From Girardia tigrina (taxonomy: Eukaryota), in the NCBI GenBank assembly GCA_001938485.1, contig MQRK01253351.1, forward strand, positions 1-60,314: a DNA stretch of 60,314 nt. Reading direction: 5' to 3'. Positions 12,095 through 23,608 of the stretch are shown in pieces. Positions within the stretch are counted from its first letter, which is position 1. The number at the start of each line of letters is the position of its first letter. Under the pieces are notes generated by a model that did not search any database, was not told where the DNA came from, and saw only the letters and a program-made list of their open reading frames with translations. A program made the translations under genes and the position numbers.

Positions 12095-15000
12095 ACCCGA
12101 ACTTACCCGAGATCAGAACAGCAAGATGTCCGGGAGAGTGCGACCCGGAAGCAAGCAGACCGTCTAGATTCTCAGCGCCAGCAATGGCGCCTTTTCAGGG
12201 TGTGTTAAATCCCAGTGCTGGTGCTGCAACTCCTCTGAGTGGAATCGATGGAGCGGCTGGAGATTGGGAAGGATACAAGGGGCGCAAAACAACCAGTAGT
12301 GATTTTAATATGATCGGTATTTCGCCGTCGTATTATGTAAAGTGTAATTTAGAGCTGCGACAATGGATTGAAGAAGCGCGGAATGGCAGGCTGCCCAGAT
12401 ATCCCTGCAAGTACCTCCTGCCACGTCCTTTGAATGGATGCCCTCAAGCGATCGAGGTACACAGGGAGAATCTCCGGCTGGTAGGATGCATAGACCAGCT
12501 GGTTGTCACGGCACGCAGAGATGGGGGATATGCTGGGCAGCCTGGAAGTAAATATTCTAATAATAAGATAGATGATAAGGTTGTGGGAAAAAGTAATCCT
12601 AGGGCGAAATTGACCATATACGGGTTTAACATCTCTAGAATTGTGGATAACCAAAGGCAGTATAATCATGGTAATAATGGGGCGAACTCAGATGGACCAC
12701 TTGTACATGGTCCTTGGCTTAATTATACTGCTGGAAGTGATTCTGTCATGGGGGGTTCCAACCATAAGGATTGGTCCTACTAATAATGCTGAAGAAAGGA
12801 GGACTGGTGGTCGTGGTTGCCTCGCTGCATATGATGCAGGAGTGTATCGTAACACTTGCGATTATGACCAATCCCGCCAAACTGAAGCAAGGGCCCAAAT
12901 GGAAAAACTACAGCCACTACATTCAAGTGAACAGTCTGAAGTAGAACGGCCACGTGCTATCCCGCACAAGGAGGACAGAGAGATTTTTATTAGTAATTGT
13001 AAATTTTATATCCATAAAACCTTATTTGGCTATTTTTTCAATAATTTTTGCATTAAATCACGTATCCTTTTGGATCTTGATATTTTTTCCTTTTATTCTG
13101 AATTTTTGTCTGAACTTAAAAATTTTGATGGATATTTATATGACTCCTTTAATTTTAAAAAAAATTGTGATTTTTATTTTGCCTTACCAAATGTTAATGT
13201 TTTTAATGGTAAAACTTTAAAGAAAAATGCTCTTTATTTAAAATTAAAAATTTTTTTTTAATTAATAAGATTAATACAAATAAGACTGCTAATGAGCTCT
13301 TTGACTTGTTCTGCCGATTTTTCACCAGGGAATTTGACTTTGGCAATCAAAGGATTTTCTCGGACTTTGTCTTGAAATCCTTTGCTAATCACATGTCACC
13401 TCCATTTGACAAATCTGCAAATCACTCCATTGAGCTCAGCTTCAATAATTTTAAAAACAAAATTAAATCATATATATATATATATATATATATAGGAATA
13501 AATTAAAACATATTACAATAGATCAAGTTACACCATTAGACGGTCTTTCACGCTAAACGTTAAACGCTTCTAGCTTATCAGCTATACTTACTTGATGACA
13601 GCATTAGACCTGCAAAGCCTCGAACTCCATATCTTGGTTGCTCTGAGGTAAGCCCTTCCAGAATTGACCATGAGAAAATTCAAAAGACTTATCTCACCAA
13701 CCCCAAAGCTGCGATTCCAATTACAGACCCCATGTTAATGCGTCTGCCAAACCCTCTCCTTCTGCCTTCACTATCTCTGTCAAACAGAATAATCCCCCTT
13801 CACTTTCGTGTCTGAAAACTTTGACTGTCCAATTAATTCTGGCCCCTCCTTTAGCTTTCATCCTCCTACAAGCGCTGAAATCGTTGCCTGTTTCCGTCAA
13901 AAAGACAAATCTTCTCCTGGTCAAAGCGGTATCTCTTATCAATATATCTTATATTGTGACCCGGAAGGAGTCATATGTGAGAAGATCTTTGCGATCATTC
14001 TTGAATCGAATACTGTTCATTTTGACTGGAAAACTTTTGACACTCTAATGATTCTTAATTCGGGAAAGGAAGGGGAATACCATCTCCCGTCCTCTTGGAG
14101 AAGCATTGCTCTTCAAGAGTGTCTCTACAAGCTTCTCACTACACTTCTCTGCTGGCAATTGAAGGCTTGGATTAAAGACAATCAGCTTACTCATTCCCTC
14201 CAGGAAAGCCTTGGCTCTTCAGACGGCTGTGCTGATCACACTTTCCTCCTACGTGCTGTGATTGATCATTACGCCAATGAGAAAAAGTCTGAGGTCCATC
14301 TTGCTTTCATGGACATCGCTGCCGCTTTTGACACTATTTCCATTAACTATATCCTGTTTGTTCTTGGAAAGATGGGCCTCCTTCCCCCCTCTATAGAGCT
14401 TATTAAGGAATAATATCGTGGCTGTCATACTAGGATCATCTGTGAAGGCGAAGCAACTGACTGACTATCAGTCACAGTTGGTGTGAGGCAGGGGTGCCCC
14501 CTGTCTATGCTTCTTTTCAATATAGGCATTGATCCAATCCTTAATAAGCTTGACTCAATCCGATGCAGAACCCCTGTCACGATTAGTCAATCCACCATTT
14601 CTTGTATGGCGTATGCTGACGACTTGGTACTCTTTGGTAGTAGTTGGTATACCCTCTATGCTCTGGTGAACACTGCCTCGAAATACATTCAAGCTGTTGG
14701 TATGAAATTTCGTTTATCCAAATGTGCATATATGGACTTTCCCAGTAGAGAGGATAATATGATCTTTCTGGATAGTGAAATTGTTCCCCACCTTAAAGCT
14801 GATGAAGGATATGTTTATCTGGGTAGCTTCATCTCCCGTCTGCTCTGTCATACTCCTGAGCAAGTTATTGCAGATGTTCGTGCTGATCTTGTCCTCCTCA
14901 AAAACTCTGTTCTCTCCCCCTCCCAGAAACTCCATGTCTATCAGACCTTTGTTCATCCGAAGATGGTCTTTTACTTCTGTAACACCTACATCCCCTTTCC

Positions 15001-16400
15001 TGATATTACGGCCTGGAAAACCGGTTGGGAAATTATTGTCCGGAAGGAACATAAAGAGTTTCTTAATCTACCGTCACAGGCGTCCAATTCCTATATCTAA
15101 ACAGATAGGCAGCACGGTGGTGTTGGGCTTACATCGGTGTTTGACGAATATATGGTGCAGTCAATCACACACAGTTTCTACCTGCTCAACTCTTCTGATA
15201 GTTTGGTTAAAGACGCTGTGTGGACTACCCTGAAATTCACATCCCACAAAAAAACTAGAAATGAGATCTTCTTCTGGACTAATGAGGGGTTTTATCCGTC
15301 TGTATGCAATAATTGGTGGAACAAAATCCAACATGCAATTTTTGTATTGAAAAAGTATTTGCATCACAATTCGTTTTGGAGACGAGTTCCCCCTCACCTG
15401 CATCACTATCAGACTTTACAACGATGATTACCAGATTGCTTCCACAATCCATGCATCTGAAATGGACAAAGTCTCTGTGTTTTTGAGAAAATGTCTCTCC
15501 CTTCATTACCTTTTCTCTTGGACTGAGCAGAAAAGTGCAGGTCGATCGGCCTCTGCCCTCTCCCTCTCTTCCTACACGACGTCTATCGTCTATAAAAGTC
15601 ATCTTTCCAATTTTGAATGGGAGTTCATTCAGAAGGGTCGCTCTTATACTCTCCCTGTTAACTGTTGCTTCAAGGTCACTGTCCTTTGTAGACACTGTAA
15701 TGAATATGCCGAGACCCTGCCCCATGTTTTTTTGCTGTTGTCACCCCTTCATGTCGTATACGAATGCTCGTCACGACTCTGTCCTTGACATTCTTGTGTC
15801 TGAGATTAAGGAACACATCAATGCTGAACTTGACGTCAATCTTCCTAGTCGCTTTGTGCACTCTATGCTCAGAGTCGACTTACAGATTTACTTCCCCGAC
15901 AAAAAAAGGATCGTCTTAATTGATGTCAAATGTCCTTTTGATGAAAAGGATAATCTGGAACGGGCTAACAATGACAACCTTGAACACTATAAAATGTTAA
16001 AAGAATGTATACAGGAGAAATACAGCGATCATATGGTATTATTGTTCACGTTCATTATAGGAGCTCTGGGAACCTGGATCCCAGATAACATCAAACCGCT
16101 CCGGGCAATTTTCTTATCACACAGAGAGAAATCCATCGCCTATGCGGCCATCTGGAGCAATATTCGATGGAGCGCACGAAAATGGGCAGCATTCGGCGAC
16201 GGAAGAGACGCCTCTAACCTGTCTCGATTCCGGGATGATCCGGCTCATGACCCAAGAGCCCCGTCAATCGAAGGTCATATCTTTGAAGATGAAATGAACA
16301 AGAATACCGAATCAATCCAACCAAACTCCACTAATAACCGAAGTGGTGACCAGTGTCCTGATGCAAATTAGCCAAAACAACTATGAGGGGTTAATTTTAA
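12095..16400 (+). mobile_element. RLE-type non-LTR retrotransposon (NeSL/R5-like), copy A: N-terminal region, RT, CCHC knuckle and restriction-like endonuclease, with stops and frameshifts
   Basis: SSPGQSG, SSWRSIALQECLYK, AFMDIAAAFD, GVRQGCPLSMLLFN, MAYADD, YVYLG, HGGVGL. Knuckle CRHC..ETLPHV..C...RHDSV. Endonuclease RVDL...IVLIDVKCPF...FIIGALGTW. Stop at 16371. Confidence 0.92.
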
Positions 16401-16952
16401 ATTTTTATCTCGCCTGAATAATTTATTATTTTTTTAATTTAAAAGGTAAAATATTTTTATGTTAATTTGCTTATTAAATATTTTAAAAAAATTAAAAATT
16501 ATATAATAAAAGAAAATCATAAAAAAAGTAAAATATTTATTTAAAAATAAAAAATATCTTTAATGTATCTAAATAATGTTAAATATCTTAAAATTAAAAA
16601 TGTCAAGAAAACAAAAATATTAAATATTTATTTATAAATAAAAATATTTTTAATAAGCAATTTTAAAATTTGATTTTGAAAATAAAGTTTAAATAATTTT
16701 TTGAAATAAATTTTCGAAATGAATCTTCAGGATTTTAAAAATTAAATCGAAAAGAATTTAATAGATTAATTTGGGTCGAGATACTTAAATTAACAGGAAA
16801 ATTTGTTTTAGAAATGTGAATTGTTATAGTAATAAATTTTGGTGTTAAAAAAATGAATTCTGATATAGACGTTGCAACCACTTGTCACAACAACAAATCA
16901 GATCAAGTTCCGAAAGGGCAACTAATAACTTTTGTTTTGAAATAAATTTTAG

Positions 16953-17105
16953 TACGACCTGCGCAGTAATCAACTTACCTGGAACCAGCTCAAGAGTATA
17001 CTTACCTGGGACCACCTCAGGAATCAACTTACCTTGGACCAGCTCCAGAGTCAACTTACCTGGGACCCGCTTCTGGAGATCAGAGGCATACTTACATGGG
17101 GCCAG
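16953..17105 (+). repeat. Tandem 27-bp repeat (about 5 units) at the 5' end of copy C
   Basis: Units CAACTTACCTGGAACCAGCTCAAGAGT / ATACTTACCTGGGACCACCTCAGGAAT / CAACTTACCTTGGACCAGCTCCAGAGT / CAACTTACCTGGGACCCGC.. / ATACTTACATGGGGCC. In frame with ORF 17096 as (S/Y/H)TYLGP repeats. Confidence 0.9.
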
Positions 17106-20085
17106 AAACGTCAAACACCGTGCAGAGTGCGATCCGTAAATCGGCAGAACCTCCAGATTCCCAGCAACAGCAATGGCCCCCTCCTCATGACGTGCTAAAC
17201 CTCAGTGTTGTGGCTGCAGACGGAATCAATGGAGCAGATGGAGACCAGAGGACAGCGGACGGAACAAAAACAACTGGTAATCAGCTTGTTGAGATCGGTA
17301 TCCCTCCGTCCCTTTATATTCAATGTAATTTAGAGCTGCGCCGCTGGATCCAGGATGCCCAAGAGAACAGGCTGCCCCTAGCGAATCCCTGCAAGTACCT
17401 CCTGCCACACCCATGGAATATCTTTTCTGGCAGCCCTGTCTTGTTCGAATCTAAGGACCTTGAAATACATCTCTCTTCTCTTTGCAATAGAAAGTCTCTC
17501 GCCCTTACTCTTGCTCCTGGAAAAATTGATAGTCTCTTTAGGACTTATACTTCTTTTAGAACTAGGTGCAGTCAATCTGAAATCTTTTCTGATAAAATTC
17601 TTCTTGGCTTTTACTCTGCCTATAGGGATATTCTGTCGTCGGAAATTGACAAGATAACCATTGTTCGTCAAAATGGTTCCAACTTCGATCTTGATCATGT
17701 CATATTTCTGGAAAAATTCACCCAACTTATCAAATCCAAGGGCTTCTTTATTCCGAAATCGGATCTTCTTGTTGATGAATTTTCCTTATTTCTTGTGGTT
17801 CATTCGCTGGGAAATTGTACCTTCTCTGAGGATGTGGGAGACGGTCCAGGGCCGAATGCTCTCCTGCCCTTCTTGGCTTTCTCTAATCATCATGTTGATG
17901 CATTTGCTGAAGCCTCTGTTAACTGCAAGGATTTCTTTGTCTTTCCTGTAGATCTTTCCAGCGTAATTGTCGCCAACAATAGAGATTTTATTCTGGAACA
18001 TTTCTGCCTTCGTGATATTGCCAACAAAAAGAATATAGCCTTTCATCTTTTCTTTCGGCAATATCGCTGGATAGTTGTAACTTGTGACTTCTCTTCATTT
18101 ACTATCTATGTTTGGGATCTTCAGTCGTTCTCTCTTTATCGATATATCATTCTGACTTTATGTGATTTCTGTAAGGGCTTTCTGATGGTCCACCTTATCT
18201 ATGCTGATTCCCTCCCTAACAATGTTACCTCTACAAAGTACATTGATAGTGGTTCTCTTATTTGTGGTTATTTGAGGAATTTTCCGGGAGTCTCTTTTGA
18301 TAATAGGATCAACCTGAAAGCCATCCGAACCTTTGCTATGAAGTTTGTTCTTCGATCTTCTGGTAAGGTTAAGAAATCTGCTCATCCTTCTACCACCTAT
18401 CGCTGTGTGGCTGCGCGAAAGGTTTTCGCCCTGACCTTTAACAGGGATCATGCAAAATGATGACCTTGACCAGCTTAATTCTGCTTTTTCTGGTCATATC
18501 TACTCTATTAGACCTGTGAAACTTCGTTCTCCATATCTTAGCTGCTCTGAAGTTAGCCCTGGTAGAGTAGATCATGGCAAAATTCAAAAGACTTATATTC
18601 TAAATCCCAAAGCTGCTATGGTCTTTATCAGAACACGAGTGAACGCATCTGCCGAACCCACTCCTGTGGATTTTACAAATTGTGTCAAACGGAATAATTG
18701 TCACTTTCAATTCCTTCCTGACTCTTTTGATTGTCCTATTAAGACAGGTCCTGCTTACTCTTTCCGTCCACCAACTAGAGAAGAAATTCATTCGTGCCTT
18801 CGGCAAAAAGACAAGTCCTCCCCTGGCCAGAGTGGAATCTCTTACCAGGATATCTTGTACTCTGATCCTGAAGGAGTTATTTGTGAGAAAATATCTGGTA
18901 TTATTCGTGAATCCAACACTGTCCCTTCTGATTGAAAAACTTTTGACACCGTCATGATCCCCAAATCCGGGATGGAGGGTGAATATCACCTTCCGACATC
19001 TTGGAGGGGCATTGCTCTTCAAGAATGTCTTTACAAGCTTCTCACGACACTTCTTTGCTGACAACTGAAAGCTTGGATCAAGACCAACGATCTTCTTCAA
19101 CCTCTCCAGAAGAGTCTTGGTCCCTCTTATGGCTGTGCTGAACACACCTTCCTTTTGCGTGCTGTTATAGATCACTATGCCAACGAGAAAATGTCTGAGC
19201 TTCATCTTGCCTTTATGGATATTGCTGCCGCCTTTGACACCATTTCGGTTGATTATGTCTTGTTTGCTCTTGAAAAAAATGAGTCTTCTTCCTGAGTCAG
19301 TTGAGCTTCTTAGGGAATTATACCGTGATTGCCATACGAGGATTATTTGTGAAGGGGAAGCAACTGACCGGTTACCAGTCACTGTTGGTGTTAGACAAGG
19401 GTGTCCCTTGTCCATGCTCCTGTTTAACATAGGTATTGACCCAATCCTCAATAAACTTGACTCAATCCGGTGTCGTACCCCCGTTACGATTGGAACCTTC
19501 ACCATCTCTTGTTTGGCATACGCTGATGACTTGATTCTATTCGGAGCTTCGGAAATTGCGCTTAACACTCTTGTGACCTGTGCTTCCAAATATGTTAGGA
19601 TCGTTGGTATGGAATTTAGGCAATCGAAATGTGCGTATATGGACTTCCCATACAACAAGGATAACATGCTTATTCTCGATTATCAGATTGTTCCACGTCT
19701 GAAAGCCGATGAAGGGTATGTCTATCTGGGAAGCTTCATTTCCCGTCTACTTCGTCACACTCCGGAACAAGTGATTGCTGATGTTGTTGCTGATCTTGCC
19801 CTTCTGAAAAATTATGCTCTTTCGCCTTCTCAGACCTTTTGCTTATCAGACCTTTGTCCATCCAAAAATAGTCTTCTACTTTCGAAACACTAATATTCCT
19901 TTTCCTGACATAACAGCCTGGGAAACTGGTTGGGAAATTGTGGTTCAAAAGGAACATAAGGAGTTCCTGAACCTTCCTCTGTGTGCCTCCAACTCATATA
20001 TTTACACCAATAAAGAACATGGTGGTGTTGGTCTTACTTGTGTCTTTGACGAATATATGGTGCAGTCTATTACCAACAGCTATAT
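16953..20085 (+). mobile_element. NeSL/R5-like retrotransposon, copy C: N-terminus, degenerate Ulp1-like domain and RT, 3'-truncated
   Basis: Shares IGI.PS.Y..CNLELR.WI..A...RLP..PCKYLLP with copy A. Ulp1-like RWIVV..IYVWD..DSGSLICGY. RT motifs VRQGCPLS and LAYADD are colinear with copy A. Homology ends after MVQSIT. Confidence 0.9.
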
Positions 20086-20539
20086 ATCGGGCGTAGGTAA
20101 TGTCCCTGTGGCGCTTCGATTTTCCTTGAATAATCAAATGATTTAAATTTTACAAATTTCAATAATGTAAATAACATTCAATTTTTTTACTATTTTACTT
20201 AAAAAATTATTAATCAACTAATTTATTCAAAGCACATTTTCCTATAAAAAATAATCAGAAATGCCTATATTAGTTGGAAAAGAAATTTAAATCAAAAAAA
20301 ATAATTAAATCAATGAAAATAAAATTCAAATAAAAAAACGTTTTTTTGTTTGAATAAACAGAATTACCGAAAATGTCGAAGTCAAAAACTGTAGAACATC
20401 GAGGGATCTCAATCGCAAACGAATATTTTCATTTTAATAAATTTTGTAGCAGGGTTCTTTACCTTTTTTGTTTCCCACACGAGAAGTGTGATCGAGCCAA
20501 CTACAGTCCCTGTATAGGGCGTAGGTAATGGCCCTGTAT

Positions 20540-22760
20540 TGGGTGAAAATGATTTCCCTTCATTGGGTCTCCCGAACTCTGTCAATTCAACGGGGCAACA
20601 GAATAAGTATTTTGATTCCTATGAGAAGGATAAGATTGTGGGAAAAAGTAATCCTAGGGCGAAATTGACCACACTCGGTTTTACAACCTCTAGAGTGACG
20701 GATAACCCAAGGTGGTATGGTCAAGGCAATACTGGGAAGTTCTCAGATGGATCAGTTATAAATGGTCCTCGGCCTAACTATACTGCTAGATTTGACTCCG
20801 GTATGTGGGGTTCGAACCATAAGGCTGGTCCTACTAATAATGCGGAAGAATGGAGGGCTGTTGGTCATGGTCGTCCCGCTGCAGGAGTATCTCGTAACAC
20901 TCGCGATTTTGATCAATGCCGCCAAACTGAAGCAAGGGTCGAAATGGAAAAACCACAGCTTCTACATTCAGGTGAACAGCCTGAAGTAGGATGGCCACGT
21001 CCTATTCCATACAAAGAAGATAGTGAAATTCTTGTTAATAATTTAAAATTTTTATTCATAAAAACTTATTTGGATATTTTTTGATATTTTTTGCATTAAA
21101 TCACATATTTTTTTAGATTTTGATAATTTTTCTTTTTATTGTGATTTTTTGTCTGAATTGAAACAATTTGATGGCTATTTATACGGTTCCTCTAATTTTA
21201 AAAATTTTTGTGATTTTTATTTTGCTTTATCTAATGATTTTTAATGGTAAAATTGTTAAGTTACAAATAAAACGCACTTTATTTAAAATTAAAAAGTTTT
21301 TTAAAATTAATAAGATTAATATTTATTTAAATGCTAATGAGCTCTTTGACTTGTTCTACCGATTTGTCACCAAGGGATTTGACTTTGGTAGTCAAAGGAT
21401 TTTTTCCGATTTTGTCCTAAAATCCTTTGCTAATCACCTGTCACCTCCATTAGACAAATCTTCAGATCACCCCATTGAGCTAAGTTTTAATAATTTTAAA
21501 AATAAAATTAAATCATATTTATATAGGAATAACTTAAAACATGTTAAAATAGACGAGGACCTCTTCTCTTCTTTTAAATCTCTTTTAAAAAAAGACTCGT
21601 GGAAAGTAGAACTTGACACCTTCATTGTTGGGCCACTAGGATCATGGCTACCCAAGAATGAACTTATTTTTAATGATTTATTTCTAGGAAAAAAGGAAAA
21701 TATCGATAGCTCGCGCCTGCGTTCTATCCAACATCAAGTGGTCAAGTCGGTTCCCTTGGCTGTAGTTTCGCTAGATATAGATAGGGAAAGTAGGAATCTC
21801 GTTAATCCATTCATGCACGTCACTAATTAGATGAGGAGGCATTTGGCTACCTGAAGAGAGTCATAGTTACTCCAGCCGCTAACCAGCGCTTGATTGAATT
21901 TCTTCACATTGACATTCATGGCACTGGGCAGAAATCACGTTGCATCAAAGCCGTTCACAAGCCACTGCAATGTTTTGTTTTAATTAGACAGTCGGATTCC
22001 TCTAGTCAACGCCAGTTCTAGGTTGACCGTTAATTGTACAATGATGACCATGAATCCGAAAACTCACAAATCATAGCCTAACACGCCAATCAATCAAGTA
22101 GAAAAAGTTCCATTTAAACTCCATCTCAAGTTACCAAGAAACAGAATCAAAACAGCTAAATTCCAATTCAATCAACTTCTTGATTAAGCCCATCATCAAA
22201 AACCTACAAGAAATACAGTACCCGATCCCTGCTCACAATCCATATGATTTTGACGATCGGACACTGCACACTGAAGGAGACATATTTGAGCATGATGAGC
22301 CATTAGATATACCAATTTCAGAATACCTTGAAGTTTAAGATTGTTTGAGATTTTGTGGAGGAGGGTTCGACCTTAGTGATGAGAGCATGTATGTCTGACC
22401 TTTTTATCGACCCCATATAAAAGCCAATGCACTGTTGTGTCAGCAGTTTTTTATTTTTTTTCTGCCAACAGTGTATTTTGTTAGCTGATTTATGGTATAA
22501 CTCTATTTAGAGTATAGGATTAGTGTTTGTATGATGACTCTCACAGACTGAAAGCTCTCTCATAATTGACCGATCATGAACACAATTACATATGTCTAAC
22601 CGGTGGACTGATATTGTTATTCGTTCCCACAATGAACGTTATTCGTTCTCGAGAAGTCTCATTCAATGCCTACGAAACAACAATCAGATAATCAAACAGC
22701 CAGAAAAACCTTGTTATATAAATATAATTTTGATCAATTAAAAAAATGAATAATAAAATA
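20540..22760 (+). mobile_element. NeSL/R5-like retrotransposon, copy B: internally deleted (no RT), N-terminal region joined to RLE C-terminus, with a 3' UTR
   Basis: 20627-21555 is homologous to 12572-13525. Then WKVELDTFIVGPLGSWLPKN...IARACVLSNIKWSSR. After the rDNA insert the frame resumes PAHNPY...TEGDIFEHDE..* (22228-22338), comparable to PAHDP..IEGHIFEDE in copy A. Confidence 0.8.
21750..22227 (-). rRNA. Diverged 28S (LSU) rDNA fragment spanning the R2/R5 target region and the adjacent expansion segment
   Basis: Reverse complement of the conserved LSU core: TTCCCTTGGCTGTAGTTTCGCTAGAT, GAATCTCGTTAATCCATTCATGC, GGCATTTGGCTACC, GAGAGTCATAGTTACTCC, CACTGGGCAGAAATCAC, TTAATTAGACAGTCGGATTCC. 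Fragment only, so not a functional gene. The right boundary lies in variable sequence and is less certain. Confidence 0.93.
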
Positions 22761-22950
22761 GAAATAATTAAAAAATGGGAATTTAAATGTTGTTTAAATA
22801 TTATTATTTAAACATTATTTTTATTAATATATATTTATAATCCATCTTATTAATCTTCTATTTAAGACTATAACATGGAGTCAAGAACAAATACAACTGC
22901 GCAGAAGTTTTTAGAAGAAATCATATTCAAGAAAAAAAAGAAGAAAAATT

Positions 22951-23089
22951 GGATTTGCGGACAATTCAACACAGCGGAAAATTCGACACACAGAAAATTA
23001 GAAACACGGAAAATCCGTGTGTCAAATTTTCCGTGTGTCGAATTTTCCTCCGTGTCGAATTTTCCTCCGTATCGAATTTTCCGGTCACC
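22951..23089. mobile_element. Short palindromic MITE-like element built from GAAAATTCGACAC-type units
   Basis: The left half has repeated GAAAATT(C)GA(C)AC and the right half the inverted GTGTCGAATTTTC units. Confidence 0.6.
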
Positions 23090-23460
23090 CTTAGAGCGCG
23101 CAGATAGGAATAATCTCGAACATTATCGACTTATCGAACATACAAAATAAAAACAGTGATCATAGTGTGTTATTATTCAACTTCATTGTAGGAGCTTTAG
23201 AAACCTGGATCCCGGATAACATAAAACCCCTCTGGGCGATCTTCCTTTCAGACAGAATAAAATTCATTGCTTATGCATCCATCCGATCAAATATTCGATG
23301 GAGTGCGCGTTATTGGGCTGCTTTCAATGATGGAAGGGATACATCCAACTTATCCCGATTCCGGGACGATCCGATCCACAACCCAGGAGCCCCTACAATT
23401 GAAGGCCCGATATTCGAAGATGCAGAGGATGAAGTAGCTGTCCAATACAGCTTCCAGTAG
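23090..23460 (+). mobile_element. NeSL/R5-like retrotransposon, copy D: endonuclease C-terminal fragment
   Basis: LERA..NNLEHY...LLFNFIVGALETWIPDNIKPL.AIFLS...SNIRWSAR.WAAF.DGRD.SNLSRFRDDP, closely matching the end of copy A. Confidence 0.88.
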
Positions 23461-23608
23461 TCACCGAAGTGGCGAACGGTGGAACTGAAGAAAAAGATTG
23501 CCAAATCTCCAAATCAAATCAAGTCCCAAGAGGGCATAAAAAATCTTTTGTTTTGTAATAAATTATATAGCTCGCAAATATTCATCTTATATCCTTTGCC
23601 TTTTACTA

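Noticed and set aside
13531-13547. ACCATTAGACGGTCTT resembles my recollection of the planarian spliced-leader 5' end, a potential NeSL-type target
   Set aside because: The match is only ~14 of 16 nt, with no rest of the SL, donor or Sm site. The bases read as element coding sequence (TIRRSFTLNVKR vs AARKVFALTFNR in copy C).
16953-17105. CRISPR-like appearance of the short regular repeat
   Set aside because: There are no unique spacers or cas genes, the context is eukaryotic, and the units are in-frame 9-codon repeats.
18600-19667. 355-aa minus-strand ORF and the other antisense ORFs over the RT regions
   Set aside because: These are shadow frames of the plus-strand RT with no recognisable motifs.
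22525-22555. ATGATGA...CTGA, resembling snoRNA C/D boxes
   Set aside because: The boxes are too close together, there is no terminal stem or guide, and it lies within the retroelement 3' UTR.
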